Shown piece after piece: positions 1 to 6,804 of a stretch of 58,353 nucleotides of DNA. Location: assembly GCA_964562235.1 (NCBI GenBank), contig CAZLSV010000012.1:9263-67615 (forward strand), read 5' to 3'. The notes beneath the pieces were generated by a model. It saw nothing but the letters and a program-made list of their open reading frames with translations. It was not told where the DNA came from and did not search any database. Every line of letters begins with the position of its first letter. Positions within the stretch are counted from its first letter, which is position 1. Origin of the DNA: an uncultured Desulfatibacillum sp. (GTDB lineage: Bacteria > Desulfobacterota > Desulfobacteria > Desulfobacterales > SpSt-501). Position numbers and translations under genes: made by a program.

Positions 1-534
1 GTATCTCGCCTATTAGCTCAGGCCTCCCATCCAGCACGGCGACGATATCCTCCATATCGTGCGACAGCAGGTAATCTCCTTTCCCGCGACTTTTGAAGGC
101 TTCGAGTTTGGTGGCTAAAAAATAGGGCCCTGTCACCAACCGGATAGGCCGTTTTGTATAGAGCTCAATCGGAATCGCCGCTTGCAAAGCCGGTCCGAAC
201 CAGCAGTTCCCAAAACCCAGGATCTTCGGGTTGGTGGGCATGACGTCCAAGACGTAACCCCCGCCTTCCACCGACAAACCGGGGCCTCGGGGCTAATATC
301 TTCCCGGAAGCCTCGCTTGCGTAGCTCCTTTGAAAGACGGTGGTATCCGCTCAGCGTCGCCACTTCGACAATCACATCGACATCTTCGGTAATTCTTATG
401 GGAGCCGAAGCCGGGTCGCTTACCAGCATACCCGTAGCACATCCGCCTAAGAAAACCATTTCGTCTGCAAGCGACCCGAGCAGATCCACGGTGCCGACGA
501 GGATATCAATATTTGGGTTTCTGACTGTTCCCAT
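1..534 (-). pseudogene. Nucleotidyltransferase-fold (AbiEii/MNT-like) putative toxin, frameshifted; the 3' end runs off the window
   Basis: Track ORF 133..534 starts with an NTase-like pattern (VFLGGCATGMLV ... RITEDVDVIVEV) but degrades after ...PVCRWKAG. From the C5 run at 258..262 the adjacent frame reads GGYVLDVMPTNPKILGFGNCWFGPALQAAIPIELYTKRPIRLVTGPYFLATKLEAFKSRGKGDYLLSHDMEDIVAVLDGRPELIGEI and stays open to nt 1. One extra base in the run would join the two parts. Confidence 0.6.
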
Positions 535-1054
535 ACGCTTTTAATTTGGCCTTTAGCTCGCAGGCAGCCTTTTCCCGTTCACGCGCTCGCCCACCTCGTA
601 TCGAATCTACCAAGGCCAGCAACTCGTAAAGCCCCGGGTCTTTCTGCGCGGCCTTGGGTGCTGACCTATACAACGGCGAAAATGCTATTCCGCGGACATT
701 CCCGGAAGGTTCCGGCCAGACCGGCACTGGTTCGGCACTATTGGCGAATCTCCCCTTCAGGGGAGCAACCGCGTGGCCGGTCGGAATCCCCCTGGTCGGT
801 TCTCCTCTTTCTGGGATAAAGATATACTTGAGGCCGTGGATGAGGAATTCTTCAAGATTGCTGATGTTGGGAATAATTCTACTCCCCAGATTCATAGCCA
901 GTGCCGAGACGAGACATCTCTTCAAAGCCGCATGGACCTCGGATGGGCTCATCCCTAATTCGACGGCCAGGCTATTGTAAGACCAACTACCGTTTCCGAC
1001 GACAACCAGCTTCAGCAGCACGAGAATATCCTGGGGTTTAATGCTCACGCCCAT
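506..1054 (-). CDS. Winged-helix/HTH protein, putative antitoxin or regulator partner of the downstream nucleotidyltransferase
   Basis: 182-aa ORF with an HTH-like N-terminus (SYNSLAVELGMSPSEVHAALKRC). Its 3' end overlaps the NTase start by 29 nt, a bicistronic toxin-antitoxin-like layout. Confidence 0.55.
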   Translation of the reverse strand: MGVSIKPQDILVLLKLVVVGNGSWSYNSLAVELGMSPSEVHAALKRCLVSALAMNLGSRIIPNISNLEEFLIHGLKYIFIPERGEPTRGIPTGHAVAPLKGRFANSAEPVPVWPEPSGNVRGIAFSPLYRSAPKAAQKDPGLYELLALVDSIRGGRAREREKAACELKAKLKAYGNSQKPKY

Positions 1055-1137
1055 TCTCCTTTCGCGATTCGCGAATTCAGAATATCACATGCGGCTATTT
1101 TGTCGACTTCAAATGGAAACTCAACCACTAAAAATCA

Positions 1138-1197
1138 ATAATCAAGATTTGACACCTTTTCCCTTTTATAATCAAGATTTGACACCTTTTCCCTTTT
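1138..1197. repeat. Perfect 30-bp tandem direct repeat (2 units) upstream of the HTH/NTase pair
   Basis: ATAATCAAGATTTGACACCTTTTCCCTTTT occurs at 1138..1167 and again at 1168..1197, about 85 nt upstream of the minus-strand start at 1054. Confidence 0.9.
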
Positions 1198-1406
1198 CGC
1201 TTCAAACCGTAGGCGCTCTCCCCAACCCAGACAAGCTCGAACAGGGCAAGGAGGAGGATCAGGTGCACGGAAGATTGGCTCCGTGCCTATGGCCCGGCCG
1301 CGCGGGCCAAAGCCTACTGGTCACCTACGACGATGCCCTCCGGGCCATCAAGAACTGCTGCCCGCTGTTCCGTATGTAGGAACTCTGGCGCGTTTATTCT
1401 TCAAGA

Positions 1407-4079
1407 TTACGTGGAAGAGCTGGGAAGCGGATATATTTCAAAACCCGCTGCTTTAAATTTCCCCGGCAATGTGCGGATGATCTTAAAATCATACTCTTTG
1501 ATATCCGGCGCCAGAGCGCTCCAGGGAATTAGATGTGGCGAGTGCTTTTTCGTTACATCTTTTGTATCTGCATAATGCCACCCGTGAAGCAGTCTCTCGA
1601 CATTCCATCGGCCGTGTTCCATTTCGGCCAGCTTCTCTATGCTATTTTCCTTTTCTCTAAGGTAGGCTTCAATGTCGAACAGCTCCCCGCTCGGATTTGT
1701 TGATTCACGTAGGCCCAAACCGACGGTCTTCAGAATGTTTTCGGCATAGGCAACCTGGTGGTAACATGAAACTTTAAATTCTGGCGGGTGCTTTTCGTGC
1801 TCCCACGGCAGCAACGCAGGCTCTTTCGGAGTCGCAAAGTTGACATAGTCAAGGTGGGCCTGTCGGGCGGCTTTCTCGAACTTCTTCCGCTCTCCGGGAA
1901 GTTCGTCAATTATCAAGAAAGCACGCAGGGTCATCGCATCCATAGGCAACCGAATCAGGCTTTTGTGGTCCTGCCAGCCCGGATCGCGGAACTGCCGGCC
2001 CTGGGGTATGGCTGGGTCTTCCACCACCCCCACTCGCGCGCCCAAAGCAAGCCCGACTGCGCATTCGGTTTGCGATATTTTCCCGCCGCAATAGCTGAGG
2101 CCCTTTACCCGGCAGGGATCGACGCCAGCAGCAACAATGTCGGTCCAGCCTTGCAGAGGTTCGAGGGGTGTAAAATCGCTTCCCGTGGAGGGAATAAGGA
2201 AAGCAAACCTGCCGGGATCTTCATCCCTCTTTACACCGTGGGGCAGTAAGTTGGGGTGATAACCAAAGCCTTTAATCTTACCACTTGAGCTTTGAGCGAT
2301 TTCGCCAGCCAGGCCGCTGATGCCCGATGTCGTCCCGCCGCAGATGAGCTTCAACGCCAATCCCTCAGAGGCGCGGAGCAGATGAGGCCTGAAGCGGTCA
2401 ATAGCGCTCTGCACCTCGGGAGCGCAGCCGCCAGAAAGAATGACAATGCTTCCACTTTGAGAAATGTCATTATTAGAAATAGGCTGCGGTTTCTTGTTCC
2501 AGGAAGCCCGCTCGGCCAGATCCTGGATGGCTCCCGGATCATGAACCCGCACCGCCAAACCCAGCAAAAGCGCCCTTTCACACCATTTAAAGCCATCGAG
2601 CTCTTTGCGAATGCACCGGATACGCCTGAACGTTTCTCTCATCCGGAGCAGTGCGCGATTGGCGGCGCATGGACGGTCGGCAATGCCGCAGGCATGCGCA
2701 CCAGCAGGCTCCTCTTGGGGAGGATCGCACAACCGTATGAGCTGCGCCATGGCCATCAGAGCCTCAAAGGGCTCTTTAGTGAAAAGGTGGAACACTGCGA
2801 GGCTGGCCCAGGCCAGAGGCAAGTTCACACCCGCCTCTATCTGCTTCCGGCAGCGCTCCACGGCATTTCGGATCATTGGGGAAGCCAGCCGAATGACGGT
2901 GTCGTTGGTGAGATGGGCGACCTCGAATTCCAGGTAGCGACAGAGCGTCACCGGCTCAGTCGGATCAAGGGTCACCGCCTGCTGAAAAATATTGCGTGCC
3001 TTGGTTTCGTCTTCGCGAGCCCAGCTCTCGGCCAATGCGCACAGCGTCTCTGCGTCGGGTTGGGGGTGGTTGCAGGCTGCTTGCAGCGCTTGGCGGCCTT
3101 CGATATACTCCTTGTTTTTGGGTGTATCCCAGTGAAGTTCGGTCAATGCTATCCCTCGCGCACGCTGGACTCCCTGATGAGGCTCTTTGGAATAATCGGC
3201 CAGTACTGCAAGGGCCGTCGAGTGTTCTCCGATCGAAAGAGCCAACTGGCCAATCTTGACAGCCATTTCAGTATTGCCAGGGTCCTGCTCAAGCACGATG
3301 CGCAACCGGGCGATCTCGGGCTCTACCATTTCGGGTTTGCGATAGGCCCCGCTATTCGACTTGAATGCATCCAGCGCCTGCACGATTCGTCCGAATTCAC
3401 GATCAGCCCCCTCGAGCACGGCTGCCAGCGCAGCGAATTGCCGGCGGATATTGGCCGGAACCTTGACCTCGGTTTTATAGGCCATGTCGTGGCCGATGTC
3501 GGCCCAGGCATGCTCCAACAGCGTGCGGACCTGGATCTCCGCCTTGAGGTTCTGAATCGTCGTGGGAAAATCGGTGCCTATCCCGGAGTCTCTGAGCTTC
3601 GTTGCATTGACCGACACGATGAAATGCACCGATCGGTAACCGAACTCCGTGGGCGTCAATCTCTGGCTGATGTCTCCGCTGTTGGCTCGGTCAATATCGA
3701 ATGCGTGTTCGATGAATCGGCAGACCGCAATGACCTGGGCAGACGTCTGGACGATCACTCGCCCTCCGCAAAGGTCGGTTACGCGCAGCAGCGGGTCGGG
3801 CGGAAGCGGGTCTTGCGGATCGGTGTAGAGCGCCTTTTTTCTGAGGATTTTTTCCGCAAAGCTGGCCACCGATTTTGCCCGCGCTTCCACGATGGCCAAT
3901 GGAGCCAATTTGCGACACGCTTCTTTGAGAACGACCCTTAAAAATTTTTCGTATTCAAGGTAGTTTTCCCTATCCTGTTTGAAACGCCCTACGTGCTCAG
4001 CCACCCATTGGTTGTCACTTAGTTTGGACCACTTCTGCACAGTGGTGGGGTCATTCTCGCTGATGGCCATGATTCCCAT
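1407..4079 (-). CDS. RelA/SpoT-family nucleotide pyrophosphokinase fused to a TPR-like helical region, a SLOG/LOG-like domain and a C-terminal RyR-type module
   Basis: 890 aa. RelA/SpoT motifs: DLCGGRVIV, GYRSVHFIV, EIQVRTLLEHAWADIGHD. SLOG/LOG-like Rossmann motifs: IVILSGGC, LICGGTTSGISGLAGE, YCGGKISQTECAVGLALGARVGVV. RyR-like C-terminus: LAEMEHGRWNVERLLHGWHYADTKDVTKKHSPHLIPWSALAPDIKEYDF. Confidence 0.85.
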   Translation of the reverse strand: MGIMAISENDPTTVQKWSKLSDNQWVAEHVGRFKQDRENYLEYEKFLRVVLKEACRKLAPLAIVEARAKSVASFAEKILRKKALYTDPQDPLPPDPLLRVTDLCGGRVIVQTSAQVIAVCRFIEHAFDIDRANSGDISQRLTPTEFGYRSVHFIVSVNATKLRDSGIGTDFPTTIQNLKAEIQVRTLLEHAWADIGHDMAYKTEVKVPANIRRQFAALAAVLEGADREFGRIVQALDAFKSNSGAYRKPEMVEPEIARLRIVLEQDPGNTEMAVKIGQLALSIGEHSTALAVLADYSKEPHQGVQRARGIALTELHWDTPKNKEYIEGRQALQAACNHPQPDAETLCALAESWAREDETKARNIFQQAVTLDPTEPVTLCRYLEFEVAHLTNDTVIRLASPMIRNAVERCRKQIEAGVNLPLAWASLAVFHLFTKEPFEALMAMAQLIRLCDPPQEEPAGAHACGIADRPCAANRALLRMRETFRRIRCIRKELDGFKWCERALLLGLAVRVHDPGAIQDLAERASWNKKPQPISNNDISQSGSIVILSGGCAPEVQSAIDRFRPHLLRASEGLALKLICGGTTSGISGLAGEIAQSSSGKIKGFGYHPNLLPHGVKRDEDPGRFAFLIPSTGSDFTPLEPLQGWTDIVAAGVDPCRVKGLSYCGGKISQTECAVGLALGARVGVVEDPAIPQGRQFRDPGWQDHKSLIRLPMDAMTLRAFLIIDELPGERKKFEKAARQAHLDYVNFATPKEPALLPWEHEKHPPEFKVSCYHQVAYAENILKTVGLGLRESTNPSGELFDIEAYLREKENSIEKLAEMEHGRWNVERLLHGWHYADTKDVTKKHSPHLIPWSALAPDIKEYDFKIIRTLPGKFKAAGFEIYPLPSSST

Positions 4080-4309
4080 CCTTTTTATGTAAGTTGAAAG
4101 GCGGATAAGAATTGCGCTTGGTTCCCTGGAATACTTTTATGTCGTGATGCATAAAGCGGTTAAGGCCTTTGTTTAAGACCTTAAAACAGGAGCGCATAGC
4201 CGAATGGAAAGTGGCAAAAGGAGTATCAGGAATTAAAATTTATGGCAAGCCTCGGCGAAGCCCATCCAATTCTTCCCAGTTGATAGAAGTCCTTCCTTTT
4301 GATAATTGA

Positions 4310-4768
4310 ATGGGGCTTCAAAATAACGAAGGAGACCTTTCGGTGAGCAACCAAGCTTCGCACCCCGTGCCGGTGATACGCCTTATAATCCCCAATGAAG
4401 CAGCCAAAGCACTCATCCTTTGCCGCCAGAACACCTCATACTCAGAGGGGCTATGGAACCTTCCGGGCGGCAAGGTGGACTACGGGCGGCTGGTGGAAGA
4501 TGAAGTGCGCAAGGAGCTGATGGAGGAGACCTCCCTCGCGTGCACCTCCATGCGTTTCCTTTTCTACCAGGACAGCCTGCCGCTGGAACCGGGCGGCATG
4601 CACTGCATCAATCTCTACTTTGAGTGCTCCGTGGAGGGCTCTTTTAATCTCAACGAAGAGTCCAGCCGATTCGCCTGGATCGGCCCGGAGGACTTGAGTC
4701 GCTTCCCCCTGACCTTCCGAAACGACGTGGGGCTTTTAAGGTACTGGGAAGAATTCCGGGACCGCTGA
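4310..4768 (+). CDS. Nudix hydrolase
   Basis: Nudix box GGKVDYGRLVEDEVRKELMEETSL (core KELMEE). An alternative GTG start at 4343 lies 8 nt after AAGGAG. The gene is divergent from the RelA/SpoT-SLOG gene. Confidence 0.8.
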   Translation: MGLQNNEGDLSVSNQASHPVPVIRLIIPNEAAKALILCRQNTSYSEGLWNLPGGKVDYGRLVEDEVRKELMEETSLACTSMRFLFYQDSLPLEPGGMHCINLYFECSVEGSFNLNEESSRFAWIGPEDLSRFPLTFRNDVGLLRYWEEFRDR

Positions 4769-4779
4769 ATCTTCCGCAT

Positions 4780-4798
4780 CCGGAACGCTCCGGTTTTT
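4780..4798 (+). terminator. Weak intrinsic terminator after the Nudix gene
   Basis: CCGGA-ACGC-TCCGG hairpin followed by TTTTT, 12 nt after the stop codon. The stem is short (5 bp). Confidence 0.35.
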
Positions 4799-4819
4799 CC
4801 TCCTAAATCCGAGTTTTCG

Positions 4820-6514
4820 TCAGATGGTCCGGATCAGCTTGTCCGCCGCCTTGGCGATGAGGGCCTCCATGCCTTTCAGTTCCCTCTCAAGGGAGCGCAT
4901 TCGCGATCTAGCGCCCTCGAGGTCTTTCTGAAGCATGATTCCCATGAATTTCATGGAGCCGGTCAACCCGGGCAGCACCGATTCCACGCTTTTAAGGGGG
5001 CTGGACCTGAATTTTTCTTGATTGTGGCTCAGCAAAGGCAGTTCGTCCAGGCGGTTCTGAATGGACATCCGCATGGCGGCTACCATTGAGTCTTCCGGCA
5101 GTCCTCTTCGGGCCAGAGGTAATAGATTTTCGCGGATGGTGTTGATGAGATCCTGAAGCTGTTTCAAGTGGTCGAGCTGATCCACCCAGAGGGGACCCGG
5201 GGGTGCCGGGGCGTGCGCCGCGACCTGCCGGGTCTGGCTCAAATCGCTTTCGGATAACCACAACACCCTTATGTGCTCGACCCGGAGCGCTTCCCCGAAC
5301 AGGGCGAAGGCCTGGGAGAGAACGGCCTTGAGTTGCCGCACGTTGCCTTGCCACGGGTAGTTCTTGAGCTCCCTCAAAACCTTTGCGGACAGCGGCTTGG
5401 CTTTTTTCCCCGCGATTTTATTGAACCACAGGTGGGTTGCAATCACCCGGATGTCCTCGGGGTGGCTGCGCAAGGCCGGAGTCCGGAGCACCAGGCCTCG
5501 CAAACGGTAATACAGGTCTTCGCGGAACTGGTTCGTGGCCACCAGGGAGAAAAGGTCACGATTGGTCGCCGCGACGACCCTTCCGGCGAAGCGGATTTCC
5601 GCCGAGCCGCCGACCCTGCAAAATGGCTTCCCGTCGATGGCCCGCAGGATCTTGGCCTGGTGGCTGAGCGGCATGTCGCCTATCTCGTCCAGAAAAAGGG
5701 TCCCTCCCCTCACCTGCTCGAGCGCGCCCTCCTTGTCGCTCAACGCCCCGGTGAAGGCACCTCTCACGTGGCCGAAGAGCTCAGACTCCAGAAGGTCCGT
5801 CGGGATCGCTGCGCAATTGACCACTTTAAATGGCCGGCCGGCTCTTGGACCGCAGAAGTGGATCTCCTGCGCGATGATCTCCTTACCGGTGCCGGTCTCG
5901 CCGAGAATGAGCACCGGGCCGCTCGAGCCGGCGGCGGCCATGGCCATCTGCAACGCCAGCTGGACGTCCCGCGCGCCGCCCGCATAGGCTTTGGACATGC
6001 GCGGCGGGATCCGGTAACGGCCCACGAGATGGAAAAGAGTCTCCTTGGCGAAGTCCTTTGTAAGCGAGATCCTGAAGGCCCGTGACGGCCGACGCACTTT
6101 GTCCCTGCCGGCCACCGGGGTCAGTACTTCAACGCAAAGCGTTTGAAAAACGTTGGCGTCAACACCGATCAGATAGATATTCCTCTCGCCTTTTCGGTCG
6201 GCGCTCTCCAGCAGGCTGCGGATACCGCTCTTGACTTTTTTGGCGGCGCTGTAGTTCCCGTCAATCAGCGGAATCTTGTCCTTGGAGAGAAGATACCCCG
6301 AGAGGCCTTTTCGCGAATCCTTTCGACCCCGGTCGGTTACGGCATCCTTGAACTCCCGAAGGGCCTTGAGCTGCTCCACCGGGAAAACCAGGGCCGCCTG
6401 CGGATGGCCCAATCTGAATTCGTTGAGGTCTTGACCCGAATCAAAGGAGACCTCTTGCGGGGTAGGTGGCTCGCCTCCCCCGCTGCCCGGAAACAGCAAA
6501 ACCGACGTTTGCAT
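4820..6514 (-). CDS. Sigma-54-dependent transcriptional activator (bEBP AAA+ core) with an unassigned N-terminal domain and no recognisable C-terminal Fis-type HTH
   Basis: Motifs: Walker A GETGTGKE, GAFTGA loop (HVRGAFTGA), Walker B LFLDEIGDM, RVVAATN, FREDLYYRL. ATG at 6514 is preceded by GAGG; the track ORF extends to a TTG at 6562. The C-terminal ~130 aa look coiled-coil-like rather than HTH. Confidence 0.85.
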   Translation of the reverse strand: MQTSVLLFPGSGGGEPPTPQEVSFDSGQDLNEFRLGHPQAALVFPVEQLKALREFKDAVTDRGRKDSRKGLSGYLLSKDKIPLIDGNYSAAKKVKSGIRSLLESADRKGERNIYLIGVDANVFQTLCVEVLTPVAGRDKVRRPSRAFRISLTKDFAKETLFHLVGRYRIPPRMSKAYAGGARDVQLALQMAMAAAGSSGPVLILGETGTGKEIIAQEIHFCGPRAGRPFKVVNCAAIPTDLLESELFGHVRGAFTGALSDKEGALEQVRGGTLFLDEIGDMPLSHQAKILRAIDGKPFCRVGGSAEIRFAGRVVAATNRDLFSLVATNQFREDLYYRLRGLVLRTPALRSHPEDIRVIATHLWFNKIAGKKAKPLSAKVLRELKNYPWQGNVRQLKAVLSQAFALFGEALRVEHIRVLWLSESDLSQTRQVAAHAPAPPGPLWVDQLDHLKQLQDLINTIRENLLPLARRGLPEDSMVAAMRMSIQNRLDELPLLSHNQEKFRSSPLKSVESVLPGLTGSMKFMGIMLQKDLEGARSRMRSLERELKGMEALIAKAADKLIRTI

Positions 6515-6728
6515 GGTATTCCTCGGAGAATGGTGTGACGAGCTGAAGAGAACCCCTTTCAAGTAAAAGCGAACTGCCGAAAGTATTGATCTCTCTTTAA
6601 CAAAAGCCGCAACTCAACACAATACCAACCCAACAGACCGCCAACTATACCGCCCAACTCAACCCGGTCTTCCCTTCAATTCAAACAACATATTGGAACC
6701 AATAGAAAATTAAGCGGCTTCGATCCCC

Positions 6729-6743
6729 TGGTACGGCATTTGC
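6729..6743 (+). promoter_or_regulatory. Sigma-54 (-24/-12) promoter for the 6805..14579 operon
   Basis: TGGTAC-GGCAT-TTGC matches TGGCAC-N5-TTGC with the exact GG/GC spacing. It lies about 60 nt upstream of ATG 6805 and next to the divergent bEBP gene. Confidence 0.7.
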
Positions 6744-6804
6744 CATGCTTTACTAAAAAGTACTGCAACCGGTGCTTGTCTTTAGAAAAGCCAGGGAGGA
6801 TCGC

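Noticed and set aside
1138-1197. Possible CRISPR array
   Set aside because: There are only two directly abutting identical 30-bp units with no spacers and no cas genes. No other regularly spaced repeat array was seen in the window.
1041-1379. 112-aa plus-strand ORF upstream of the HTH gene
   Set aside because: It is translated straight through the 30-bp tandem repeat (…NNQDLTPFPFYNQDLTPFPF…), has no RBS, and looks non-coding.
2292-3941. 549-aa plus-strand ORF, plus similar long antisense ORFs at 6925..7854, 7903..8934, 9041..9985, 10412..11791, 12363..13562, 13572..14372, 37327..38286, 40125..41261, 47151..48536, 48567..49946, 50029..51543 and 54869..55873
   Set aside because: All lie antisense to, or out of frame with, ORFs that carry recognisable motifs or better coding character. 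Their compositions are Arg/Gly/Pro/Ala-skewed.
4080-4309. Second sigma-54 promoter upstream of the RelA/SpoT-SLOG or Nudix genes
   Set aside because: GG/GC dinucleotides with the required 10-nt spacing were not found on either strand (for example, AGGGAACCAAGCGCAA fails the spacing).
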